DNA from: Bacteroidales bacterium
GTDB lineage: Bacteria; Bacteroidota; Bacteroidia; Bacteroidales; WCHB1-69
Direction: 5' to 3'
Assembly (NCBI GenBank): GCA_045600525.1
Contig: JAZRYC010000046.1
Span: 4,117-68,116 of the forward strand
Length of the DNA: 64,000 nucleotides
Below, one piece after another: positions 9,157 through 19,456 of the stretch; the first letter of the stretch is position 1, and each line of letters begins with the position of its first letter. Under the pieces are notes generated by a model. The model did not search any database and had not been told where the DNA came from. It saw only the letters and a program-made list of their open reading frames with translations. Both the position numbers and the translations under genes were made by a program.

Positions 9157-10928
9157 TATTCGTTGTTCTTACCGGAATATACTTTGAATTTCTTGAACAG
9201 TTTTTTATTGTGCATGACTTCTACCGCCTTTTGGAAGGTGTCATCGCTTTCCAGGAAGATACGATAGGCGTCACCAAAGCCAAACAGACTGCGGGCTATT
9301 TCGTATCGAAGGTATTCTTTGATGTATTCGGCCACATGAGTTTCGTTTCGGAGACGCATGGCTTCGTCATAATTTTTTGTGACATAGTTGGAGAACATCG
9401 TATCCAAGGTATGCATGTCCATGTTTTTTGCGGAGGTGAAGAGGGAGTCCAATTTTTCTTTGTTGGCCTTGATAAAGGCGTTGGCATAATTGGAGAAGGT
9501 AAAGGAGGCACTGTCGCTGACGCCTTCTTTTTTGGCATATTGCATAAAATCGCTATAAAGTTCATCTGAAATGGTGAAGTTTTTCTGATATACTTCAAAG
9601 GAGGGATATGTGTTCTTCATGGATTCACGGTTTTTCTCCAGATAGTCCATGGCAAAACTGCCGAAGATACCCTTGCGGGCAATTTCATTGTACAGGGTGG
9701 AGTATTTGGTCGTATCCATGGGGACGAAGATGTCGGGCATAATGCCACCACCACCATACACGGTGCGGCCGTGAGGAGTTTTGTATTTCAGGGAGTCTGG
9801 AAAATGAATGCTGTCGGCAGTGTATAGTTCGCCGCGGCTGGCACGTTTTTGAATATCTTTGAAATAGTCGTCCAATCCGTCATTGTAGGGTTTTTGGATA
9901 CATCTTCCCGTGGGGGTGTAGTAATGTGAGATAGTTAGACGTACCTGTGATTGATCCACAAAAGTGAGGGGCTTTTGAACAAGGCCTTTGCCAAAGGTGC
10001 GGCGTCCGATGACCAAACCGCGATCCCAGTCTTGAATGCATCCCGAGGTGATTTCAGATGCCGAAGCGGAATTCTCATCTACAAGGACGATAAGTCTTCC
10101 TTCTTCAAAAAGTCCGTCTTTTTCTGAATAGAATTTTTCTCCTGTTTTACGGAAGTTGTCGGTATAGACAATGATTTTCTTTCCTGCAATGAACTGGTCG
10201 CAAATTTCAAAGGCCACATTTAGGTATCCGCCGCCGTTTCCCCGTAAATCGAGGATGAGGTCCTGCATGCCTTGCTGCTGCAGCTTTTTCATGGCTTCGG
10301 TTAGTTCTTTGGTGGAAGTGGCGGCAAAACGTTCGAGTTTGATATAACCGGTGGTTTCGTCCACCATAAAGGAAACATTGATGCTGTACATGGGAATGGC
10401 GCCTCGGGTAATGACGAAGTCAATGAGTTCCGGACTTTTTCCTCTTCTAACGGAGACTTTCACTTTGGACCCTTTGCTTCCGCGTAGGTGTTTGCGCACC
10501 CAGTCGTTGGTGATTTTGTCGCCGCAGGCAAGAGTGTCATCCACTTTCACAATTTTATCGCCAGCCAGGAGCCCTACCTTTTCAGATGGACCATTAATAA
10601 TGACTTCCATGACGTTGATGGTGTCCTTGATCAGTTGGAAGGTTACTCCGATTCCGTCAAAGGTTCCCTGAAGAGGTTCGTTCATAGCCTGCACATCCTT
10701 TTTGGGAATATAGGCGGTATGGGGATCCAGTTCCTTCAGCATGGCGGTAATGGATTTGTCGATCATTGGGTCGAAATCTACCGAATCAACGTACATCAAG
10801 TTGATGGCGTTGAGGAGTTGGTCCATTTTAGTTTTGCAGGGTTGGTAGTTCTTGTTCGGATTTTGAGCAAATGAAGTAAGGGAAATTAGGCAAATTGAAA
10901 GAATAAAGGTTAGGAATAGTCTTTTCAT
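9156..10928 (-). CDS. S41-family carboxy-terminal (tail-specific) peptidase
   Basis: The 590-aa product has a signal peptide, a PDZ region (GLLAGDKIVKVDD) and an S41 core (ENSASASE, GRRTFGKG). Confidence 0.9.
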   Translation of the reverse strand: MKRLFLTFILSICLISLTSFAQNPNKNYQPCKTKMDQLLNAINLMYVDSVDFDPMIDKSITAMLKELDPHTAYIPKKDVQAMNEPLQGTFDGIGVTFQLIKDTINVMEVIINGPSEKVGLLAGDKIVKVDDTLACGDKITNDWVRKHLRGSKGSKVKVSVRRGKSPELIDFVITRGAIPMYSINVSFMVDETTGYIKLERFAATSTKELTEAMKKLQQQGMQDLILDLRGNGGGYLNVAFEICDQFIAGKKIIVYTDNFRKTGEKFYSEKDGLFEEGRLIVLVDENSASASEITSGCIQDWDRGLVIGRRTFGKGLVQKPLTFVDQSQVRLTISHYYTPTGRCIQKPYNDGLDDYFKDIQKRASRGELYTADSIHFPDSLKYKTPHGRTVYGGGGIMPDIFVPMDTTKYSTLYNEIARKGIFGSFAMDYLEKNRESMKNTYPSFEVYQKNFTISDELYSDFMQYAKKEGVSDSASFTFSNYANAFIKANKEKLDSLFTSAKNMDMHTLDTMFSNYVTKNYDEAMRLRNETHVAEYIKEYLRYEIARSLFGFGDAYRIFLESDDTFQKAVEVMHNKKLFKKFKVYSGKNNE

Positions 10929-10950
10929 AATGGTCTCTTTTTAAGGGCGG

Positions 10951-10958
10951 CAAAGATA
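10951..10958 (-). promoter_or_regulatory. -7 box for the S41 peptidase/dnaG unit
   Basis: The minus strand reads TATCTTTGCCGCCC, 23 nt before the ATG. Confidence 0.5.
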
Positions 10959-11000
10959 AAAAAAATGTAGGGGCGAAGTCTTCCGCCCCTACATTTTTAT
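10958..11000 (-). terminator. Rho-independent terminator after the DUF4468-like gene
   Basis: ATGTAGGGGCG-aagtcttc-CGCCCCTACAT is flanked by A/T runs. It abuts the next promoter box. Confidence 0.6.
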
Positions 11001-11023
11001 TCTGTTGATAAAATCAATAGGAA

Positions 11024-11635
11024 TTATCTGAAAAGTTCTTTTTCCATCATGTTGATTACATCCTGAAGGGATTTTTTTAGTTCGATGAAGGAATCTTCGT
11101 TTTCTTCAATGATATCGTTGGCTTCCTTGATGACGGTTTTGCGGTCTTTTTTGGAAATATTGGGATCATTGTTGACTCTTTCAATATCTTCGTATGCCTT
11201 TACGAAACTAGCATAACGGTCGTCAAGGTTATAGGTGTTAGAACTGGAACCGTAACCGGAATAGGTTTCCGTTATTTTTATTTTGTAAAGGTTGTATTTG
11301 ATGTGGTTGTCGCTGACATTGAATTTAACAACGAAGGTTGCGTATTCGTTGAACCAGCCTGCGAATGGGTTATAGGAAGATTTTGTCTTAATAGTGCCAT
11401 TGGTTAATACTTCTCCTTTTTCCAAGTCTTGAGAGATTACGGCATCCTTGCTGGCAAAGGTGGATACGGCCCAAGAAACGGCGCTTTCGAATAATTCGGC
11501 TTTGGAATATTTTGAATTGGATTCATTGGTGAAGCATACACTACCGTCATTGGTTGGAAAATTTACTTTTTGAGCATTGACTGTAAAAAGCGTGCATGCG
11601 AATACACAAAGGGTAAGGATAAAGTTCTTTTTCAT
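11024..11635 (-). CDS. Secreted hypothetical protein, DUF4468-like
   Basis: The 203-aa product has the signal peptide MKKNFILTLCVFACTLFTVNAQ. The family call rests on remembered sequence style only. Confidence 0.5.
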   Translation of the reverse strand: MKKNFILTLCVFACTLFTVNAQKVNFPTNDGSVCFTNESNSKYSKAELFESAVSWAVSTFASKDAVISQDLEKGEVLTNGTIKTKSSYNPFAGWFNEYATFVVKFNVSDNHIKYNLYKIKITETYSGYGSSSNTYNLDDRYASFVKAYEDIERVNNDPNISKKDRKTVIKEANDIIEENEDSFIELKKSLQDVINMMEKELFR

Positions 11636-11676
11636 TTTGCTTATTTTTGTTGGTGAATATTTTTTTATTTTGACTG

Positions 11677-11684
11677 CAAAGATA
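11677..11684 (-). promoter_or_regulatory. -7 box for the DUF4468-like gene
   Basis: The minus strand reads TATCTTTGCAG. Confidence 0.4.
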
Positions 11685-11707
11685 GCAAAAAATTGTTTGA
11701 AACGACG

Positions 11708-14173
11708 TTAGATGGACATTTTTACCACAGTGATACCGCAACCGCCCATTTCTAATGCTTCGTCTTGATAGTTTTCAACATCCTGTCTTTTAGCCAAATA
11801 CTGGCGAACGACTTGGCGTAGAATGCCATTCCCCTTGCCATGAAGAATACGCACAAAGCGAATGCTGAGTAGGGCGGCTTCGTCAAGATAATCAGATAAC
11901 AGGGGGGTCATTTCATCTACGCGCATTCCCCGGACGTCTAGGGTGGCGTCAAAATCGGCAAGCTTTTTATTCATAGCTTCACCCAGTGTTCCTTCGTTGT
12001 AGCGTATTACCCCTGTGCGACGTACTTCGCGAGCTTCTTTTTTGCTGATTTTAGAAAGTTTTCGAAGGTCTGTCTTAAAGGCTACGGAGTTGAATACGAT
12101 GGTTGCATCGTTGCCGTTGATGTTCGTTACTTCACCCGTAATCTGCATATCGGCCATGAAAACGGTATCGCCTATATGGATGGAGGTGTCTTCTGTTTTT
12201 TCAACGACTTTTTTCTCTTTGGGCTTCGTACGTTTTACAGGTATGATGGGTTGTAGGGATTCTTCTTTTTCTATGGAGGCTATTTCTGTTTGGAGTTCAT
12301 CCTTCAGTTTCACTACGTTTTCTCGCGCCTTTTTTGTTTTCACGCTGTCGGCCTTGGCCTCCTTAATATCGCGGATTGTTTTTTCAATGACTTTGTTGGC
12401 GCTTTCCACGATGCTATTGGCTTGGTTTTTGGCCTTTTGGATGATTTCTTTTCGCTGTTTGTCCAATTCGGCGAATTTATCGGCGTACTCGTCAATCATA
12501 TCTGCTAATTGATCATCTGCGGCACGTACCTGTTTGAGCACTTTTTCCGATTCCAATCGGGCGATTTCTATTTCCTCTAATTTTTTCTCGTAGTCGATTT
12601 GCGCAGTGCCGGACTTGGCGACGGCACTGTCGATGATGTGGCTGTCAAGTCCGATGTGGCGTGCGATCTCGTATGTGAAGGAACTTCCGGGTTTCCCGAT
12701 TTTGAGTTGATAGAGGGGTTTCAGCGCCTTTGTGTCGTACAACATGGCTCCGTTTTCCGACTCAGGATGGGAATCAGGAAACATTTTCAGATTCCCATAG
12801 TGGGTAGTGATGATGCCGAAGGCGTTTTTGGCATAGAAACTCTCTAGAATGGCTTCCGCCAATGCTCCACCCAAGGTAGGTTCGGTACCGGATCCGAATT
12901 CGTCTATTAGGAATAGAGAACGCGCATCCAGGTTATCATCCATGGCCTTAAGGTTGGAAAGATGCGAGCTATAGGTGCTGAGGTCGTTTTCAATAGATTG
13001 TTCATCTCCAATGTCAATGAAGATGCTATGGAAGATGCCCATATCGGAGGTACTTTGCATAGAAACGAGAAGTCCGCACTGCATCATGTATTGTAGAAGT
13101 CCGACGCATTTTAAACAGACAGATTTTCCACCTGCGTTGGGACCTGAGATGATGAGTATGCGCCTTTCCGGTGTCAGTGTCATGTCAAGGGGGACCACCT
13201 TTTTCCCGTTGCGTTTCAGGGTGAGAAATAATAGGGGGTGAACAGCCTGTTGCCAGTTCGCTTGTGGATTGGCATGTATGTGTGGGAGCGCCCCGTTGAT
13301 GTCAATGGCAAGAAGGGCCTTGGCACGTAAAAAATCGTATTGGCCTAAAAGTTGCTGAGCTTCCAGCAGTTCTGGAATGACTGGGCGGATTTTTTCCGAT
13401 AGTTCGGAAAGAATCCGAATCACTTCCCGGTGTTCGGCATTTTGCAAGTCCTTCAGTTCGTTGTTGGCGTCAAATACCTCTGTCGGCTCAATAAAGACAG
13501 TCTGTCCCGTGGCAGATTCGTCATGAATGAAGCCTTTGAGTCTGCGTTTGTATTGGGCAGCGATGGGAATGCACAAACGACCATTCCGGATGGTCATTTC
13601 CGCATCTTCTTTGACTAATCCGTCTTGTTTGGCCGCGTTGAGGATCTTTCTGATTTGTCTGTCGGCGGAATTGGAAATACGGTTTATCTCACTTTTGATG
13701 CGGCAGAGTTCATCGGAGGCGTTGTCGCGCATTTGTCCTTTGTCGTCAAGGACTCGGTTGAAGGCGGCAGATAACTCTCTTTGCAGGGGCATGTCTTCAC
13801 ATAAACCCCACAAATAAGGATATTTCTTATCTTCATGCCGGACTTTGAGATAGACGAAGATATTGGTCATGGTGGCAATGAAGCCGCGTAATTGAACTAA
13901 GTCCTCAAGTTCGATATAGGTGCCGTCGGTGTGCAGTCGTTTAAGAGCTGCGCGAAGGTCATAGTAGTCCTGGGCGGGAAAAGGTTCGTCAAACAACAGT
14001 ATTTGTCGAAATTCCTCCACGGTTTCCAATTCGGGCAGGATACCATCCACGTCCGTCATCATGTGCATAGATTCCACATGATCTTGTCCGAGCGAACTGA
14101 GACAGTGCCCGAGCAAGAGGTGGCGAATGGTGTTGAATCCTATTTTTTCTTCGAAATTATCGGGATATAGCAT
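11708..14173 (-). CDS. mutS2: Endonuclease MutS2 (MutS-family ATPase with C-terminal Smr domain)
   Basis: The 821-aa product has a Walker A motif (GPNAGGKS), a long coiled-coil and an Smr end (LDVRGMRVDE...ILHGKGNGILR). Confidence 0.93.
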   Translation of the reverse strand: MLYPDNFEEKIGFNTIRHLLLGHCLSSLGQDHVESMHMMTDVDGILPELETVEEFRQILLFDEPFPAQDYYDLRAALKRLHTDGTYIELEDLVQLRGFIATMTNIFVYLKVRHEDKKYPYLWGLCEDMPLQRELSAAFNRVLDDKGQMRDNASDELCRIKSEINRISNSADRQIRKILNAAKQDGLVKEDAEMTIRNGRLCIPIAAQYKRRLKGFIHDESATGQTVFIEPTEVFDANNELKDLQNAEHREVIRILSELSEKIRPVIPELLEAQQLLGQYDFLRAKALLAIDINGALPHIHANPQANWQQAVHPLLFLTLKRNGKKVVPLDMTLTPERRILIISGPNAGGKSVCLKCVGLLQYMMQCGLLVSMQSTSDMGIFHSIFIDIGDEQSIENDLSTYSSHLSNLKAMDDNLDARSLFLIDEFGSGTEPTLGGALAEAILESFYAKNAFGIITTHYGNLKMFPDSHPESENGAMLYDTKALKPLYQLKIGKPGSSFTYEIARHIGLDSHIIDSAVAKSGTAQIDYEKKLEEIEIARLESEKVLKQVRAADDQLADMIDEYADKFAELDKQRKEIIQKAKNQANSIVESANKVIEKTIRDIKEAKADSVKTKKARENVVKLKDELQTEIASIEKEESLQPIIPVKRTKPKEKKVVEKTEDTSIHIGDTVFMADMQITGEVTNINGNDATIVFNSVAFKTDLRKLSKISKKEAREVRRTGVIRYNEGTLGEAMNKKLADFDATLDVRGMRVDEMTPLLSDYLDEAALLSIRFVRILHGKGNGILRQVVRQYLAKRQDVENYQDEALEMGGCGITVVKMSI

Positions 14174-15420
14174 TAGGATTTCTTTGTGATTTTGCAGCCG
14201 ACAGTTGCAAAGAACATAATGTAGGCATAACTGACAAATAGTAGTGCGTAGGCAATATGTGGATTGGCTGTATCGGCAATCTGTCCGTAGATCAACGGCA
14301 TTACCGCTCCGCCGGCAATGGCCATAATGAGAAGGGCAGAACCAAACTCGGTATGTTCTCCAAGATCATGGATGGAGAGCGGCCAGATGGCCGGCCACAT
14401 GATGGCATGAGCGAAACTCAGGCATATTATGGCCACAATGGAAAACAATCCGGATGTGCAGAGGGCCACAATGACCAAGGCAATCGCCACGCAGAGTTGC
14501 ACAATCAGCGCATTTCGCTGAGAAATAAAGCGAGGAACGAAAAATATTCCGCAGAAATAGCCGATAAGCAGCGCAATTAAGGCGTAAACGCCGAAATAAT
14601 GGGATACTTCCGTTGGAATGCCGTAGAAGTTTCCATAGGGGATCAAGGTATCGATGGCAATGACTTCCGCTCCCACATAGAAGAAGATAGCCAAAACACC
14701 CAGCCAAAGGTATGGATAGTTGAAAATACTGTTCTGGGTTGCGGATTTTTCTGTTTCTTCAACTTGAATTTCAGGTAATTTTGCGAATTTTACGAACATT
14801 ACCAGAGCGATTAGCACGGCTGTCATGATTATGTACGGAAGAATTACGCCATTTGACAATTGCTGGAGCAATGCTTCCTTTTCCGGCCCGGCAGGAGTGT
14901 TGTTGATTTGCTCAAATAAATGTTCCTTTCCAGAGAATAGGGCGTTGTAGAGAATGAGGATGCCTACCATGCCGGCCAGTTTGTTGCAGACGCCCATAAT
15001 GCTCATGCGGCGGGCGGCGGATTCAACGGGCCCGAGTACGGTGACGTACGGATTGCTGGCGGTTTGCAAGAGAGATAATCCCACCCCTTGGATGAATAAG
15101 CCGGTCAAAAAGATGGAATAACTACGGAGGCGTGCACCCGGAATGAAAAGCATACAGCCAATAGCCATAACGATCAATCCCAAAGCCATACCATTCCCGT
15201 ATCCGGTCTTTTTCAACACGTAAGAAGATGGGATGGACATTACGAAATAGGCGATGTAGAAGGCGAACGGGACCAAATAGGCCTGCACCTGTGAAGTCAG
15301 TTCACAGGAAACCTTCATATAAGGAATCAAAATGTTGTTGAGCCATGTTACGAACCCAAATACGAAGAATAGGGCTCCGATGACGAACATGCTGTAGGAT
15401 GCGCTTCTTTGTTTTTCCAT
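14173..15420 (-). CDS. Sugar MFS transporter (FucP / glucose-galactose transporter family)
   Basis: The 415-aa product has 12 predicted TM segments and a FucP/GluP-like N-terminus (FFVFGFVTWLNNILIPYMK). Confidence 0.8.
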   Translation of the reverse strand: MEKQRSASYSMFVIGALFFVFGFVTWLNNILIPYMKVSCELTSQVQAYLVPFAFYIAYFVMSIPSSYVLKKTGYGNGMALGLIVMAIGCMLFIPGARLRSYSIFLTGLFIQGVGLSLLQTASNPYVTVLGPVESAARRMSIMGVCNKLAGMVGILILYNALFSGKEHLFEQINNTPAGPEKEALLQQLSNGVILPYIIMTAVLIALVMFVKFAKLPEIQVEETEKSATQNSIFNYPYLWLGVLAIFFYVGAEVIAIDTLIPYGNFYGIPTEVSHYFGVYALIALLIGYFCGIFFVPRFISQRNALIVQLCVAIALVIVALCTSGLFSIVAIICLSFAHAIMWPAIWPLSIHDLGEHTEFGSALLIMAIAGGAVMPLIYGQIADTANPHIAYALLFVSYAYIMFFATVGCKITKKS

Positions 15421-15648
15421 ATTGCAAATTATTTGATGTATTTCATTAATTCAGCCTTTTTTGGCGTCGTATTCTTCCTGGGTGATGATCTCAAGTTCCA
15501 GTTTTTCTTTCCACTTAGTTCAGATGCTGTTTTTCCTGCTAGAATGTCTTTATAGGTTATGGTTTGTGTCTGTAAAAACGCAAGACAGGTAATGAAAATG
15601 GAAAGAGCAAAGAATTTTTATAAATAAATTTTAAAAAGGTGGAGTTCG

Positions 15649-16299
15649 TTAAATGCTTTTTAAAGCAACTATTTCCTCCTCAGGGCTTTCGGCTTTGAAT
15701 ACGGCACTTCCTGCCACTACGGCGTCAGCACCGGCCTTAACGATGGCGGCCACATTATCGCGGCAGACACCGCCGTCCACTTCAATCAGCGCCTCTGATT
15801 TGTTTCGCTTGATCATATCACGTAATTCACTGATTTTGCGCAATGAGCGTTCAATGAATTTTTGTCCGCCGAAGCCGGGATTGACGGACATGATGAGGAT
15901 GAGGTTCACGTCATTGATGATGTCTTCCAAACCGGCCACGGGTGTGTGCGGGTTCAATGCCACACCAGCCAGCATACCTTCTTCTTTGATTTGATTGATG
16001 GTTCTATTCAGGTGGGTGCACGCCTCCCAGTGAACGGTCAGTATGTCGGCGCCACATTCTTTAAACTCATGGATGTATCGCTCTGGTTGCATAATCATCA
16101 AGTGAACGTCCAATGGCTTTTCTGAAATTTTGCGGATGGCTTTTACAACGGGCATCCCATAGGAAATATTAGGGACGAACATGCCGTCCATAATGTCCAA
16201 GTGCATCCAATCGGCCTTGGATCTGTTCAACATTTTGACATCTCTCTCTAAATTGCCAAAGTCTGCAGAGAGTAGGGAAGGAGCAATGATAGGTTTCAT
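15649..16299 (-). CDS. rpe: Ribulose-phosphate 3-epimerase
   Basis: The product begins MKPIIAPSLLSADFGNLERDV and contains DIMDG and VDGG. I moved the start to the ATG at 16299, because the track's 16395 start runs through the -7 box at 16323..16330. Confidence 0.93.
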   Translation of the reverse strand: MKPIIAPSLLSADFGNLERDVKMLNRSKADWMHLDIMDGMFVPNISYGMPVVKAIRKISEKPLDVHLMIMQPERYIHEFKECGADILTVHWEACTHLNRTINQIKEEGMLAGVALNPHTPVAGLEDIINDVNLILIMSVNPGFGGQKFIERSLRKISELRDMIKRNKSEALIEVDGGVCRDNVAAIVKAGADAVVAGSAVFKAESPEEEIVALKSI

Positions 16300-16322
16300 A
16301 ATAGGTATGTTTTTTGAGGTTG

Positions 16323-16330
16323 CAAAAATA
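16323..16330 (-). promoter_or_regulatory. -7 box for rpe
   Basis: The minus strand reads TATTTTTGCAACC, 24 nt before the ATG at 16299. Confidence 0.5.
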
Positions 16331-16433
16331 CGAAAAAAGCTTTGTGCAGACGATAATAAATACAGGTTGGCTTGGAAGTTTCCTTTTATTGGCAAGCCCT
16401 ATTTACGGAATAGGCGTGTTTATGCTTTTTTTG

Positions 16434-16441
16434 TACCTTTG
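16434..16441 (+). promoter_or_regulatory. -7 box for the mrp/apbC-like gene
   Basis: TACCTTTGCCGCC, 28 nt before the ATG at 16469. Confidence 0.5.
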
Positions 16442-16468
16442 CCGCCTCAATCAAATTATTGTAAAATT

Positions 16469-17290
16469 ATGTCAGGATGTAATCACGACTGCGAGCACTG
16501 CAGTCAGCAAAGTTGTGAAAAAAAGGATTTGCGCGAAAAACCGAATCCTAAAAGCGATATTAAAAAGGTAATCGGCATTGTCAGTGGAAAAGGCGGTGTG
16601 GGAAAGAGTTCTGTAACTTCTCTGTTAGCTGTGCAATTGAGAAAGAAAGGCTATCGTGTGGGTATTCTTGATGCCGACATCACGGGTCCGTCCATTCCGA
16701 AAATGTTCAATCTTCATGAGCTCATCACGGGCAGTGAAGATGGTGTGTTTCCAGTTGAAACACAATCGGGCATACATGTAATATCTTCCAATTTGCTCAC
16801 GCACGATGAAAAAACACCCGTTATATGGCGCGGTCCGCTTATCGCTGGAATGGTAAAGCAGTTTTGGACGGAGGTTATTTGGGATAGAATTGATTTTTTG
16901 TTGGTGGATATGCCTCCCGGAACGGGCGACGTGCCTTTGACGGTGTTCCAAAGCATGGCGGTGGACGGCATTATCATGGTTACCTCCCCGCAAGATCTCG
17001 TATCCCTCATTGTGAGCAAGGCAGTGAATATGGCCTCCATGATGGAAATTCCTGTATTGGGTTTAGTGGAGAACTATAGTTATGTGCAATGCCCGCACTG
17101 CAATGAGAAAATCAATGTCTTTGGGGAAAGCCATGCTGCTGAAGTTGCACAGGAGTTCAATCTCAAACTGCTTGCTCAAATGCCTATTGATTCGGAAATC
17201 GCCAAGTTGGCCGACAAGGGAGAAATTGAAAAGGCCGATGTTGATTATCTGGATGATGTCATCGATGTTCTGGAAAGTTTGGAAGCATAG
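16469..17290 (+). CDS. Mrp/NBP35 (ApbC) family ATP-binding Fe-S cluster carrier
   Basis: It has a Cys-rich N-terminus (MSGCNHDCEHCSQQSC), a deviant Walker A (SGKGGVGKSS) and a CPHC motif. I moved the start to the ATG at 16469, downstream of the -7 box at 16434..16441. The track start at 16181 overlaps rpe. Confidence 0.88.
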   Translation: MSGCNHDCEHCSQQSCEKKDLREKPNPKSDIKKVIGIVSGKGGVGKSSVTSLLAVQLRKKGYRVGILDADITGPSIPKMFNLHELITGSEDGVFPVETQSGIHVISSNLLTHDEKTPVIWRGPLIAGMVKQFWTEVIWDRIDFLLVDMPPGTGDVPLTVFQSMAVDGIIMVTSPQDLVSLIVSKAVNMASMMEIPVLGLVENYSYVQCPHCNEKINVFGESHAAEVAQEFNLKLLAQMPIDSEIAKLADKGEIEKADVDYLDDVIDVLESLEA

Positions 17291-17334
17291 TTCTTAATGG
17301 AAAACGTCAAACCCATATCAGCCCATAAATCTCT

Positions 17335-18129
17335 ATGAAGCAATATCAAGATCTTCTTCGCACCATTTTGGAACAAGGCTCTTATAAGTCTGACCGTACG
17401 GGCACGGGCACGTACAGCGTTTTCGGCTATCAAATGCGCTTTGACCTTTTGCAGGGCTTTCCTTTGCTGACGACTAAGAAACTGCACCTGCGTTCCATTA
17501 TTTATGAGTTACTCTGGTTCTTACAGGGAGATACCAATATTAAGTACCTGAAAGACCATGGCGTTTCCATTTGGGACGAATGGGCGGATCCCAATGGAGA
17601 TCTTGGTCCGATTTATGGTCATCAGTGGCGCTCTTGGGGTACGCCGGATGGAAACAAGGTTGACCAAATCAGTCAATTAATAGAGCAAATAAAAAACAAT
17701 CCGGATTCTCGCAGATTGATGGTCTGCGCCTGGAATGTGGGCGAAATTGATAAGATGGCGCTTCCTCCGTGTCATGTGCTTTTTCAGTTTTATGTGAATA
17801 ATGGGGAAATATCCCTTCAACTATACCAACGTAGCGCAGATGTGTTTCTCGGTGTTCCCTTCAATATTGCCTCATATTCGCTTCTGCTCATGATGGTGGC
17901 TCAGGTGTGCGGACTTCGACCAAAGGAATTTATTCATACGCTCGGCGATGCGCACATTTATTCCAACCACGTAGAACAGGCTAAATTACAGCTTTCCCGC
18001 GAACCAAGACACTTACCTACTATGCAAATCAATCCCGAGGTTAAGGATATCTTTGGTTTCCAATTTGAAGACTTCCATTTGGAAGACTATGATCCTCATC
18101 CCCATATTAAGGCCGATGTGGCTATTTAA
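17335..18129 (+). CDS. thyA: Thymidylate synthase
   Basis: The 264-aa product carries MQYQDLL-like, DRTGTGT, PPCH and QRSAD motifs. Confidence 0.96.
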   Translation: MKQYQDLLRTILEQGSYKSDRTGTGTYSVFGYQMRFDLLQGFPLLTTKKLHLRSIIYELLWFLQGDTNIKYLKDHGVSIWDEWADPNGDLGPIYGHQWRSWGTPDGNKVDQISQLIEQIKNNPDSRRLMVCAWNVGEIDKMALPPCHVLFQFYVNNGEISLQLYQRSADVFLGVPFNIASYSLLLMMVAQVCGLRPKEFIHTLGDAHIYSNHVEQAKLQLSREPRHLPTMQINPEVKDIFGFQFEDFHLEDYDPHPHIKADVAI

Positions 18130-18196
18130 TGTGTCAATACAATAAATGAAGGTTCTGTGCGGTTTATAAAAATGATAATTTTTAATTAATTATATT

Positions 18197-19390
18197 ATGA
18201 AATCAATAGATCAATACAATTTCAGTAATCAAAAGGCGCTCATTCGTGTGGACTATAACGTACCCTTGGATGATAATTTTAATGTAACCGATGTAACCCG
18301 TATCGTACGTACGAAGGAAACTGTGGACAAAATCCTCAATGATGGCGGTTCCGTGGTGCTCATGTCCCATCTGGGACGCCCAAAAGGCGAAGCCAACGAC
18401 AAATTTTCTTTGAAACACATTGTCGGAAAGGTTTCTGAAATTCTTGGTCAGGAGGTTGTTTTTGCCGGTGACGTACTGAGTGAAGAAGCCGAAAAAATCA
18501 CTGCCGCTATGAAACCAGGTTCAATAGCTTTGTTGGAAAATCTTCGCTTCCATTCTGAAGAGGAAAAGGGAGATGTTGATTTTGCCAAAGCCATTGCCCG
18601 CTTGGGAGATGTCTATGTGAATGATGCGTTTGGCACAGCCCATCGCGAACATGCTTCTACAGCTACCATCGCCCGCTTTTTCCCTGGAAAGGCCTTTGCC
18701 GGATATTTGCTTTATAATGAGGTGATGAGTTTGGAAAAAGTCCTCAACGGACAGGTTCGTCCTTTTACGGCTATTATCGGAGGTTCCAAGGTTTCCACGA
18801 AAATCAATATTCTTAACAATCTTCTTCCCAAGGTGGATAATCTTATCGTTGGCGGTGGTTTGAGCTATACGTTCCTTGCCGCAATGGGCTTGAAGATAGG
18901 AAATTCTCTTTTTGAACCCGATATGCTGCCCGTGGCCAAGGAAATTCTGGCTAAGGTGGATGCTACGGGTACGAATTTCTATTGCCGTGTGGATAGTGTG
19001 TGTGGTGATAAGTTCGGTGAGGATGCCAATGTGCTGATACCAGAAGACAATAACATTCCTGATGGTTGGGAAGGCCTCGATATCGGTCCGAAGACCCGTC
19101 GTAACATTTCTCAGGTCATCAAAAACTCCAATACTATTTTGTGGAATGGTCCGGTCGGCGTGTTCGAACTGGAGAAATTCAGTAAGGGAACGAAGGCAGT
19201 TGCTATCAGCGTTGCTGCTTCCACCTTGGCAGGTGCCTATTCTGTTATCGGCGGTGGCGATTCAATTGCTGCCATTAACAAGTATGAACTGGGCGACTAC
19301 ATTTCCTATATCAGCACAGGCGGTGGCGCCATGCTCGAATATCTTGAGGGAAAGGAACTCCCAGGTGTGAAGGCTCTGAATGAAAACTAG
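18197..19390 (+). CDS. pgk: Phosphoglycerate kinase
   Basis: The 397-aa product carries RVDYNVPL, SHLGRPKG and STGGGA motifs. Confidence 0.95.
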   Translation: MKSIDQYNFSNQKALIRVDYNVPLDDNFNVTDVTRIVRTKETVDKILNDGGSVVLMSHLGRPKGEANDKFSLKHIVGKVSEILGQEVVFAGDVLSEEAEKITAAMKPGSIALLENLRFHSEEEKGDVDFAKAIARLGDVYVNDAFGTAHREHASTATIARFFPGKAFAGYLLYNEVMSLEKVLNGQVRPFTAIIGGSKVSTKINILNNLLPKVDNLIVGGGLSYTFLAAMGLKIGNSLFEPDMLPVAKEILAKVDATGTNFYCRVDSVCGDKFGEDANVLIPEDNNIPDGWEGLDIGPKTRRNISQVIKNSNTILWNGPVGVFELEKFSKGTKAVAISVAASTLAGAYSVIGGGDSIAAINKYELGDYISYISTGGGAMLEYLEGKELPGVKALNEN

Positions 19391-19398
19391 TTGATAGA

Positions 19399-19426
19399 CG
19401 GTTAGTGGCCATTCTGCCACTAACCG
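19399..19426 (+). terminator. Stem-loop after pgk
   Basis: CGGTTAGTGGC-cattct-GCCACTAACCG is an 11-bp stem with a weak U-tract. Confidence 0.4.
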
Positions 19427-19456
19427 CATTCATATAATACAAACAATTTTATTGGT

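Noticed and set aside
16181-16468. The ORF track shows long N-terminal extensions for mrp (16181), rpe (to 16395), nif3 (57507) and rluB (to 5871).
   Set aside because: The extensions overlap the neighbouring divergent gene or contain the -7 promoter box. They translate to non-conserved sequence ahead of a canonical family N-terminus, so I adopted the shorter starts.
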